From Eledone cirrhosa (Eukaryota): a stretch of DNA of 64,000 bases. The notes below the pieces were generated by a model. That model was not told the DNA's origin, did no database searches, and saw only the letters and a list, made by a program, of their open reading frames with translations. Positions 22,382 to 34,200 of this stretch are shown one piece after another. The DNA is taken from contig OZ024740.1 in assembly GCA_964016885.1 (NCBI GenBank), forward strand, positions 427,614,001 through 427,678,000. The letters are read 5' to 3'. Both the position numbers and the translations under genes were made by a program. Every line of letters begins with the position of its first letter. Within the stretch, counting starts at the first letter, position 1.

Positions 22382-23030
22382 AGGGGAAAACACAATGTAA
22401 AAAAACCGATTTCAAGAAAAAATCGGTTTTTTTACATTGTGTTTTCCCCTCCAAATATTCGCTTATATTTCTTTATATATTCTCTATATATTTTTTTATC
22501 TTTATTATTTCCACTTTTATCCTCCTTTATATTTTACCTTATTCTTACTTTTATACCTTATTATAGTGTAATCTTCCCCATGCCTTATTATACACTATTA
22601 ATTATAGATTATTATTATTACTCTTTTTCCATTTCTAATTACCTCATGTACTTTCTCCTCCGCTATATATATATATATTGTATGCCCTTTGTGTTTGTGT
22701 AGCCTCTGCACACCCTCTGCACCATACTATCGACGCCACCCCATCTATGGTTCAGCTAACCACTCGACTCCCGGGAATGAATATGACCGCAGCTAGTAAA
22801 CAAGGACCCACACCCCACCCTCCCGCACCAAAATTAGACTTATCGTCCCCTACTTTTGCTCTTTACTCTCTTTACTCTTTGTTCTTGAATGTTTGGTTGG
22901 TAGAGTCCATAACACCAATCAAACCCCTTTTATAGCTCTGACGAATCCTACGGTTACGTAAGGAAGAAACATTGTAAGCCAATAAAAATATTTTGATGTT
23001 GTAGACGCTCTTGTGTTCTTTTTCATATAT
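22382..23030 (+). mobile_element. Putative Penelope-like pLTR/3' remnant with a 5' fold-back and a 3' hammerhead
   Basis: Starts with a 31-bp-arm hairpin (22382-22450), has a pyrimidine-rich body, then a hammerhead at 22928-22986, AATAAA and a short tail into (TA)n. Confidence 0.6.
22928..22986 (+). ncRNA. Minimal type-I hammerhead ribozyme motif
   Basis: UUUAUAGCU-CUGACGA-A-UCCUACG-GUUA-CGUA(A)GGA-A-GAAA-C-AUU-G-UA^AGCCAAUAAA. Core intact, stem II about 7 bp with a bulge, minimal stem III, stem I imperfect. Confidence 0.7.
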
Positions 23031-23042
23031 ATATATATATAT

Positions 23043-23806
23043 ATTGAAACAAAATGAAAACGAAATTTCATTTCTCACTCTTAGTATGGCACTTACTTAA
23101 ATGTAAGTATGCATGTATACGTACATACATATATGTATACAGACGTACAGTAGCATGCACATATATATATATATATATATACATATATACATACATATGC
23201 ATACAGGTACACATACATATATGCACGTATCAGTTTAGCGGCGCTTATTATAACGTCGCTTTGTTCGTTTGTAAACAAACTGAACAGCCTGAATTTATGC
23301 CATACGGTGTTAAGGCAACCACGTCACCTTTTTGTTCAACACTGACTAAGAGTGAGAAATGAAATTTCGTTTTCATTTTGTTTCAATTTATCGTTTTCGG
23401 TATGCCTGACCGATTTAACTCACTCAATATGCAAATTAGGCTGCTCAGCCGTTAATTTTCATAAGGAAAGTATATACTTTCGAACGTTCAACTATCTGGC
23501 AGATGGGTAAACGGTGCTGATGATAGCTAACAAGCTTGAAACTAGTACATCGTTCCTGTGTCAGTGTTGAACAAAAAGGTGACGTGGTTGCCTTAACACC
23601 GTATGGCATAAATTCAGGCTGTTCAGTTTGTTTACAAACGAACAAAGCGACGTTATAATAAGCGCCGCTAAACTGATACGTGCATATATGTATGTGTACC
23701 TGTATGCATATGTATGTATATATGTATATATATATATATATATGTGCATGCTACTGTACGTCTGTATACATATATGTATGTACGTATACATGCATACTTA
23801 CATTTA
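23043..23806 (+). mobile_element. Interleaved double inverted repeat (A-B-A'-HHR-B'), putative Penelope-like terminus
   Basis: A 23043-23085 pairs with A' 23345-23387; B 23098-23346 pairs with B' 23560-23806. Arms are near-identical and flanked by (TA)n. Confidence 0.8.
23510..23554 (+). ncRNA. Minimal type-I hammerhead ribozyme motif
   Basis: AACGGUG-CUGAUGA-U-AGCU-AACA-AGCU-U-GAAA-CUAG-UA^CAUCGUU. 7-bp stem I (one G-U), 4-bp stem II, palindromic ACUAGU stem III, GUA triplet (cleavage after 23547). Confidence 0.85.
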
Positions 23807-23844
23807 TATATATATATATATATATATATATGGAGTGAAGGTTC

Positions 23845-23891
<47 letters not shown>

Positions 23892-23894
<3 letters not shown>

Positions 23895-24018
23895 GGAAAA
23901 AAGTCAGAACCCCAGGGGGTCTGACTTTTTTCCTATATATATCTGACTCTACTACCCAAAGTATCGAGTACTCTGATCTGTTATGGTCCATCTGGTCCCT
24001 TACCACACTTCCTTCGTT
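23892..24018 (+). mobile_element. Fold-back family copy 4 (short hairpin plus tail in (TA)n)
   Basis: Hairpin ATAGGAAAAAAGTCAGAACCCC-A-GGGGGTCTGACTTTTTTCCTAT, then tail ACTCTACTACCC...GTTATGGTCCATCTGGTCCCTTACCACACTTCCTTCGTT, the reverse complement of the copy 1/2 tail. Confidence 0.8.
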
Positions 24019-24030
24019 ATATATATGTAT

Positions 24031-24065
<35 letters not shown>

Positions 24066-27038
24066 CAGAGGGAGAGAGAGAACTTTCAATGTACTGTCTT
24101 TATTTTCAGATTTCAAGGCTGAAGCAAAATGTTTAAGCAATCTGATCATAAAATTAATGATGGCAGATAAAAGAATTTGCTGTACTTAAAAAACATATAA
24201 ACCTTAATGCAGGAGATAATTTATAATTTAAGCTTGAAACAAATCAGTAGTGAAATTACAATCATTTTCTCGTCATACCAGTTAATTAAGTTTTATACTA
24301 GGAGGAATAACGGAGTACTTTTTAGGTTATTGACATTCGATATAAACAAGATCAAATAACAAATACTTGCTACAAGAATTAAGAAATATACTTTTCATAA
24401 TGAAATTAGCGATAAATACATTTTTGTGGCATTAACTTTCGAAGTAAATATTAAAACGATGGAGTAATTTGGTGAACTTATTTAGAGCCAGGTCGCCCTT
24501 CTTCGATGTAGATATATTATGTAAGTCATTCCAGTCGTGACCATCTCAGTGTAATGTTGGATAAAAATTATCTGTCCCCTCTCCATATTCAAGATGGGGT
24601 TGTGTTGTTTGTGAGAACCTTTTCCAGTTATTAATTGAAGAATAATCTGTTAATTACAATCTTTTATTTTGGCTCATGGAAGCATGGAGATATCTAATTA
24701 ACCGGAATGATAGACAAAAACAACTTTTGGTGGTCCTTTATTACGTCGCTATGTGTTCTGGGTCTCCTACTGTCGTTCTTTTAATATACTTCCCCGTTTA
24801 ACAAAATTCATGGCATTTAGATATCTTTGCAGGAAAGTGAATGATGGTGGATTTTCAGCATCGGTAGAGCGTCGTCCAACATCCAACTAGATAACATTGG
24901 CATCCCTGAGATTCCTCGAAAAGTGTGCTAGGATTTCGAAATTACAGCTTTTATTTATAGCAGGTATCTATAAACTTATAGATATATATATTGAAAGTGG
25001 AATGGTTACAAGAAGACAGGAACTGTGTATTTCCCCCGAAAAGAAGGATGCAATGAGAATAAACAATATCTGGATCTCCCTGAGCTGAACTGTACTCTAC
25101 AGGTTTTGCTGGGATAGGAATGTTGAAAGCAATGATTTTATAACGTTTAATGTTAGTTTTAGGAGCATTACTGGAATCCTTTTAAATAGTTACTTGGTTT
25201 AGAATATTTGAAGCAGATTTTGATATCAACTTCTCAAAAGCGTATCGCTCCTCTGTCAGGAATCGTTTTATTTGGAATATTGATCTACATAAACCAATAA
25301 ATCTGTAAGGAACTGTATAATAATCAATAGAACATATATTAGGTATCTTAACACAGATGATATCAAATATATATGTATGACTTTTAGCCCTGATGCAAGC
25401 TATGAGGTTTCGTTGAAGTTCCAACAGTATTACACAGGGAGTACATTTCTGGTTCTAACTACACTGAAGTTATTGAAAATAGCCTAGTTGGAAAGATCCA
25501 GTCTTCGGTTACTCATGTTCTCTCTAGAAACACTTTCTTATAAAAGATCAAACTAATCCTTGAAATATCATTGATTCTAATGTTATATATTGTGTTGTGT
25601 AATTTTTCTTAAAAATAATTTGCAGCATCAGGAAATATGTTTTGTATACTGAGTGTTATATAAGCAGCCTAAATGAAATCACATGAATAGTTCTAGTGGC
25701 GACAATGTTTTTGAAACCCAATTCGGCCGAAACAATGATTTGGCAGTTATTAATCTATTTTCTGTAGGGTTAGAGCCTCTAAATTGTTTTAGAGATTCAA
25801 TAGAAACACTTTTACGTAAATGAATAGCATATGCTTTATATTTATTTATCTTAACATTGTCCCCTAAATTTTAATGTAAAAAAGTAAATATAAAGGGGTT
25901 TGAACTTAGATATTAGCAAAACAATTTAAACATTTAACATCTCGAAATATTGATAACAATGAAAATATATTTCTAACTTAGTTTTGAACTAAAATTAAGT
26001 TGTTGTGCCACAAATGAAGATGTATGATTCGAGGATGACATCCTTGAAAAGTCAAAAAATGAAATAGCACTTTTTAACTAAAAGCAGTAACATAAACTTG
26101 TGAAAAGCTTAGAAAAGATTTATCAGAAATGAATTGAGACAAATGATGAAAGAAAAAAAGACGCAGAGTAACAGATGCCACATAGATTACTAACTTATAC
26201 TTTCATCGTACCAGAAATGCGTTTTAGTTTTCTGAAAAAGAAAAAAATTCTTTCTTGTATTTTAAGGGATGTGATGATGTATCACACGGAATAATATCTC
26301 TGCAATTTTCAAATAAAATTGCTTCAAGCTGTAAATGTTAATATTTCCCTTAATTTCTTGATTATATACGCATTTATTTTTATTTCAAAACGAAAATACA
26401 CTTGATGTGCTATTTCGTTTTTCAAATTAAATTAGTTGACGTGTATTTGTGTGTAAAAAATGTAAATATGTGGTGATTTGATTCATGGTGAGAATAGCTG
26501 AGACATCGAGTGAGAGTATGAAATAGAAACGGATATACTTTATAAAAATATTCTTTTTTTTTTTACAGCCATTTTGACAGAAATTGCAGTTGTCAGGTTT
26601 TCTTAAAAGCAGGGTATATCATTGGTTTGTAAGGCGACTACATATTGGTTTGTGATAGGGTGGAGAGAGGGGCCTGTGATACCTAGCTATAATGATGTAC
26701 CAAAAGAAATAGAGAAAGCTACTCTGTAATTAGAGAAAGTATGCTTAATCGGACTAATGTTTTGTTACTGAGAAATGTTAAGTCCACATTATTCTACTGG
26801 TGAGTTATAGGTCTTACCAATAAAACTAAAATTCCATTTAAACAGAATTATTAATTAATAAATTTATTTTTTAGGAATTCATATAGTGTTTATTTTTGGA
26901 AAAATATATATGGCAATATGGATACAAGAAACATGAAAGAGAAAGAAGAAAAGGAGTAAGAAAAATTGAACTAAGCAACGAAAGAAAGGGAGATGCGGAG
27001 GAAGGGACAGGCTCTACAACCCTAGTCTGAGCGGTGTT

Positions 27039-27659
27039 TCAGCTGCACCACAAGGATAAAATATCCAAAGAATTGCCGCAGATAATTGCCAGGGGAAACC
27101 GCTGTAACAGCCCCCACATATCACAGGTATCCTTCTCAGGCGGTTGTAGTTTTCCGATTTTACGAAGAAAATCAACAGTGAGGGGAGTGAGGACACCCAC
27201 GGTCACGACTGTGGCCGGTACGAAATTATGAGAGTGCTGCTACAGACGATGGAGGAGAGATAGGCAGTTGCATGTCAGAAGTGACGCCACCCAATTTGAT
27301 GGGGAGTTTTGTTGCCAGCCGGCGTTGTTAAAATTGACATTGAAGATGAGTTCAGCAAAGGGTCAGTTGTTGGCATCGAGATCGATAAGGCGATCTGTTA
27401 AAGAGTGACAAGGTGCATCTTGCAGTGTGAAAAGGATCTCGGGGAGGGCGAAGCTGTACCTCGGGAGGAAGAGAACCGGCTGTGCGTCGATGAGTCGCAG
27501 TCTCACCGCCATCCTCGACAGGTCTGAAAGCCAAGTCTCCAGGCAATCTCCAATGACTTTTAGGAGAATTGGAAACCCGAGAATGGAAACTCCGTCTTTC
27601 GGCGTCAGCTGAGCCCCAGTCTGGGCAGCCTGGATGCTGAGTACGGTGTCATGAAATTC
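27039..27659 (-). pseudogene. Degenerate CRE-clade non-LTR retrotransposon ORF fragment
   Basis: Manual minus-strand translation: ...SILGFPI...RLRLIDAQPVLFLPRYSFALPEILFTLQDAPC...(stop)...IFNVNFNNAGWQQ/(frameshift)LPIKLGGV..SDMQLP..SSVAA, then HNFVPATVVTVGVLTPLTVDFLRKIG...LLQRFPLAIICGNSLDIL. These match CRE post-RT motifs (W.QA.LP...GGLG) and the CRE C-terminus (F.P.A.ET.G / QR.S.AI.RGN). Also a GC-rich island. Confidence 0.82.
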
Positions 27660-28210
27660 TCTTTCATATAAGTGATATTAGAGAAGCCAAGCATCTCCAC
27701 GTCAATCTATTTCTTCTAGTCATTGTATAAAAATGACAGAATAAAATTGTAAAGTTGTGGATGTGCGCATATTTCTATCCAGTTGAAATTCTTCTCTCAT
27801 ATTTCAGTGTATTTTATGTATATAATACAAACATTCTATTAGGTTAACGCGTAATCTCTGGATGTAAATGTTGGCGATACAAATGCCTGTCTTAGTGTAC
27901 AATGAGCTAGTCAATCATATTTTTCTTTGAGAAACAAACATTCTTATAATATGCATTTAATAACTAAAAACCATATGCTGCAAGAGTCTACTACAAGGAA
28001 GCCTCCATACGGTCGATATATGAACAAGAAACAAAGACTAAATTTATCTCACATCACACCATATCGTCTAACAAAACTACATGACAACCTAATAGACTAT
28101 TTATACAAAGCAATGGGATGGACATGGTAGGGGGTCGAAAGAATAATGAAATGAAATTCATATTTTTTGTTATATTTTGAATGCAAGAAAGTAATGTAGC
28201 TGATCATTTA

Positions 28211-31200
28211 ATGTACCATAGTTATATAAGACGGTACCCTATCTCAGTGTACCATAGTTATATAAAACTCTACCCTATCTCAGTGTTGTATAGTTATATA
28301 AAACTCTACCCTATCTCAGTGTACCATAGTTATATAAAACTCTACCCTATCTCAGTGTTGTATAGTTATATAAAACTCTACCCTATCTCAGTGTACCATA
28401 GTTATATAAAACTCTACCCTATCTCAGTGTACCATAGTTATATAAAACTCTACCCTATCTCAGTGTTGTATAGTTATATAAAACTCTACCCTATCTCACT
28501 GTACCATAGTTATATAAAACTCTGCCCTATCTCAGTGTACCACAGTTATATAAAACTCTACCCTATCTCAGTGTTGTATAGTTATATAAAACTCTACCCT
28601 ATCTCAGTGTACCATAGTTATATAAAACTCTACCTTATCTCAGTGTACCATAGTTATATAAGACTCTACCCTATCTCAGTGTACCATAGTTATATTAAAA
28701 TTTACCCTATCTCAGTGTACCATAGTTATATAAAACTCTACCCTATCTCAGTGTACCATAGTTATATAAAACTCTACCCTATGTCAGTGTACCATAGTTA
28801 TATAAAACTCTACCCTATCTCAGTGTTGTATAGTTATATAAAACTCTACCCTATCTCACTGTACCATAGTTATATAAAACTCTACCCTATCTCAGTGTAC
28901 CATAGTTATATAAAACTCTACCCTATCTCAGTGTGCCATAGTTATATAAAACTCTACCCTATCTCACTGTACCATAGTTATATAAAACTCTACCCTATCT
29001 CACTGTACCATAGTTATATAAAACTCTACCCTATCTCAATGTACCATAGTTATATAAAACTCTACCCTATCTCACTGTACCATAGTTATATAAAACTCTA
29101 CCCTATCTCAGTGTACCATAGTTATATAAAACTCTACCCTATCTCAGTGTACCATAGTTATATAAAACTCTACCCTATCTCACTGTACCATAGTTATATA
29201 AAACTCTACCCTATCTCAGTGTTGTATAGTTATATAAAACTCTACCCTATCTCAGTGTTGTATAGTTATATAAAACTCTACCCTGTCTCACTGTACCATA
29301 GTTATATAAAACTCTACCCTATCTCAGTGTACCATAGTTATATAAAACTCTACCCTATCTCAGTGTACCATAGTTATATAAAACTCTACCCTATCTCAGT
29401 GTACCATAGTTATATAAAACTCTACCCTATCTCAGTGTTGTATAGTTATATAAAACACTACCCTATCTCACTGTACCATAGTTATATAAAACTCTACCCT
29501 ATCTCAGTGTACCATAGTTATATAAAACTCTACCCTATCTCAGTGCACCATAGTTATATAAAACTCTACCCTATCTCAGTGCACCATAGATATATAAAAC
29601 TCTACCCTATCTCAGTGTACCATAGTTAGATAAAACTCTACCCTATCTCACTGTACCGTAGTTATATAAAACTCTACACTATCTCAGTGTACCATAGTTA
29701 TATAAAACTCTACCCTATCTCACTGTACCATAGTTATATAAAACTCTACCCTATCTCACTGTACCATAGTTATATAAAACTCTACCCTATCTCACTGTAC
29801 CGTAGTTATATAAAACTTTACACTATCTCAGTGTACCATAGTTATATAGAACTCTACCCTATCTCACTCTACCATAGTTACATAAAACTCTGCCCTATCT
29901 CAGTGTTGTATAGTTATATAAAACTCTACCCTATCTCACTATACCGTAGTTATATAAAACTCTGCACTATCTCAGTGAATCATAGTTATATAAAACTCTA
30001 CCATATCTCACTGTACCATAGTTATATAAAACTCTACCCGATCTCACTCTACCATAGTTATATAAAACTCTGCATTATCTCAGTGTTGTATAGATATATA
30101 AAACTCTACCCTATCTCATTGTACCGTAGTTATATAAAACTCTACACTATCTCAGTGTACCATAGTTATATAAAACTCTACCCTATCTCACTCTACCATA
30201 GTTATATAAAACTCTGCCCTATCTCAGTGTTGTATAGTTATATAAAACTCTACACTATCTCACTGTACTGTAGTTATATAAAACTCTACCCTATCTCACT
30301 GTACCATAGTTATATAAAACTCTACCCTATCTCAGTGTACCATAGTTATATAAAACTCTACCCTATCTCACAGTACCATAGTTATATAAAACTCTACCCT
30401 ATCTCACTCTACCATAGTTATATAAAACTCTACCCTATCTCAGTGTACCATAGTTATACAAAACTCTACCCTATCTCAGTGTTGTATAGTTATATAAAAC
30501 TCTACCCTATCTCAGTGTACCATAGTTATATAAAACTCTATCCTATCTCAGTGTTGTATAGTTATATAAAACTCTACCCTATCTCACTGTACCATAGTTA
30601 TATAAAACTCTACCCTATCTCAGTGTACCATAGTTATAGAAAACTCTACCCTATCTCAGTGTTGTATAGTTATATAAAACTCTACCCTATCTCAGTGTTG
30701 TATAGTTATATAAAACTCTACCCTATCTCAGTGTACCATAGTTATATAAAACTCTACCCTATCTCAGTGTTGTATAGTTATATAAAACTGTACCCTATCA
30801 CAGTGTACCATAGTTATATAAAACTCTACCCTATCTCACTCTACCATAGTTATATAAAACTCTACCCTATCTCAGTGTACCATAGTTATATAAAACTCTA
30901 CTCTATCTCACTGTACCATAGTTATATAAAACTCTACCTTATCTCACTGTACCATAGTTATATAAAAGTCTACCCTATCTCACTGTACCATAGTTATATA
31001 AAACTCTACCCTATCTCAGTGCAACATAGTTATATAAAATTCTACCCTATCTCAGTGTACCATAGTTATATAAAACTCTACCCTATCTCAGTGTACCATT
31101 GTTATATAAAACTCTAACCTATCTCACTGTACCATAGTTATATAAATCTCTACCCTATCTCACTGTACCATAGTTATATAAAACTCTACCCTATCTCAGT

Positions 31201-34200
31201 GTACCATAGTTATATAAAACTCTACCCAATCTCACTGTACCATAGTTGTATAAAACTCTACCCTATTTCACTGTACCATAGTTATATAAAACTCTACCCT
31301 ATCTCACTGTACCATAGTTATATAAAACACTACCCTATCTCACTGTACCATAGTTATATAAAACTCTACACTATCTCACTGTACCATAGTTATATAAAAC
31401 TCTACCCTATCTCAGTGTTGTATAGTTATATAAAACTCTACCCTATCTCACTTTACCATAGTTATATAAACTCTACCCTATCTCAGTGTACCATTGTTAT
31501 ATAAAACTCTACCCTATCTCACTGTACCATAGTTATATAAAACTCTACCCTATCTCAGTGTACCATAGTTATATAAAACTCTACCCTATCTCATTGTACC
31601 ATAGTTATATAAAACTCTACCCTCTCTCAGTGTTGTATAGTTATATAAAACTCTACCCTATCTAACTGTACCATAGTTATATAAAACTCTACCCTATCTC
31701 AGTGTACTATAGTTATATAAAACTCTACCCTCTCTCAGTGTTGTATAGTTATAGAATACTCTACCCTATCTTACTGAACCATAGTTATATAAAAATCTAC
31801 CCTATCTCACACTACCATAGTTATATAAAACTCTACCCTATCTCACTGTACCATAGTTATATAAAACTCTACCCTATCTCAGTGTACCATAGTTATATAA
31901 AACTCTACCCTATCTCAGTGTTGTATAGTTATATAAAACTCTACCCTATCTCAGTTTACCATAGTTATATAAAACTCTACCCTATCTCACTGTACCATAG
32001 TTATATAAAACTCTACCCTATCTCACTGTACCATAGCTATATAAAACTCTACCCGATCTCACTCTACCATAGTTATATAAAACTCTGCATTATCTCAGTG
32101 TTGTATAGATATATAAAACTCTACCCTATCTCATTGTACCGTAGTTATATAAAACTCTACACTATCTCAGTGTACCATAGTTATATAAAACTCTACCCTA
32201 TCTCACTCTACCATAGTTATATAAAACTCTGCCCTATCTCAGTGTTGTATAGTTATATAAAACTCTACACTATCTCACTGTACTGTAGTTATATAAAACT
32301 CTACCCTATCTCACTGTACCATAGTTATATAAAACTCTACCCTATCTCAGTGTACCATAGTTATATAAAACTCTACCCTATCTCACAGTACCATAGTTAT
32401 ATAAAACTCTACCCTATCTCACTCTACCATAGTTATATAAAACTCTACCCTATCTCAGTGTACCATAGTTATACAAAACTCTACCCTATCTCAGTGTTGT
32501 ATAGTTATATAAAACTCTACCCTATCTCAGTGTACCATAGTTATATAAAACTCTATCCTATCTCAGTGTTGTATAGTTATATAAAACTCTACCCTATCTC
32601 ACTGTACCATAGTTATATAAAACTCTACCCTATCTCAGTGTACCATAGTTATAGAAAACTCTACCCTATCTCAGTGTTGTATAGTTATATAAAACTCTAC
32701 CCTATCTCAGTGTTGTATAGTTATATAAAACTCTACCCTATCTCAGTGTACCATAGTTATATAAAACTCTACCCTATCTCAGTGTTGTATAGTTATATAA
32801 AACTGTACCCTATCACAGTGTACCATAGTTATATAAAACTCTACCCTATCTCAGTGTTGTATAGTTATATAAAACTCTACCCTATCTCAGTGTACCATAG
32901 TTATATAAAACTCTACTCTATCTCACTGTACCATAGTTATATAAAACTCTACCTTATCTCACTGTACCATAGTTATATAAAAGTCTACCCTATCTCACTG
33001 TACCATAGTTATATAAAACTCTACCCTATCTCAGTGCAACATAGTTATATAAAACTCTACCCTATCTCAGTGTACCATAGTTATATAAAACTCTACCCTA
33101 TCTCAGTGTACCATAGTTATATAAAACTCTAACCTATCTCACTGTACCATAGTTATATAAATCTCTACCCTATCTCACTGTACCATAGTTATATAAAACT
33201 CTACCCTATCTCAGTGTACCATAGTTATATAAAACTCTACCCAATCTCACTGTACCATAGTTGTATAAAACTCTACCCTATTTCACTGTACCATAGTTAT
33301 ATAAAACTCTACCCTATCTCACTGTACCATAGTTATATAAAACACTACCCTATCTCACTGTACCATAGTTATATAAAACTCTACACTATCTCACTGTACC
33401 ATAGTTATATAAAACTCTACCCTATCTCAGTGTTGTATAGTTATATAAAACTCTACCCTATCTCACTTTACCATAGTTATATAAACTCTACCCTATCTCA
33501 GTGTACCATTGTTATATAAAACTCTACCCTATCTCACTGTACCATAGTTATATAAAACTCTACCCTATCTCAGTGTACCATAGTTATATAAAACTCTACC
33601 CTATCTCATTGTACCATAGTTATATAAAACTCTACCCTCTCTCAGTGTTGTATAGTTATATAAAACTCTACCCTATCTAACTGTACCATAGTTATATAAA
33701 ACTCTACCCTATCTCAGTGTACTATAGTTATATAAAACTCTACCCTCTCTCAGTGTTGTATAGTTATAGAATACTCTACCCTATCTTACTGAACCATAGT
33801 TATATAAAAATCTACCCTATCTCACACTACCATAGTTATATAAAACTCTACCCTATCTCACTGTACCATAGTTATATAAAACTCTACCCTATCTCAGTGT
33901 ACCATAGTTATATAAAACTCTACCCTATCTCAGTGTTGTATAGTTATATAAAACTCTACCCTATCTCAGTTTACCATAGTTATATAAAACTCTACCCTAT
34001 CTCACTGTACCATAGTTATATAAAACTCTACCCTATCTCAGTGTTGTATAGTTATATACAACTCTACCCTATCTCAGTGTACCATAGTTATATAAAACTC
34101 TACCCTATCTCAGTGTTGTATAGTTATATAAAACTCTAACCTATCTCAGTGTACCATAGTTATATAAAACTCTACCCTATCTCACTGTACCATAGTTATA

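Noticed and set aside
24990-25780. Possible decayed MULE-type transposase on the minus strand (SIQNIFPDA, RFLTEE-like patches)
   Set aside because: Too many stops and frameshifts to support by eye; needs a translated HMM search.
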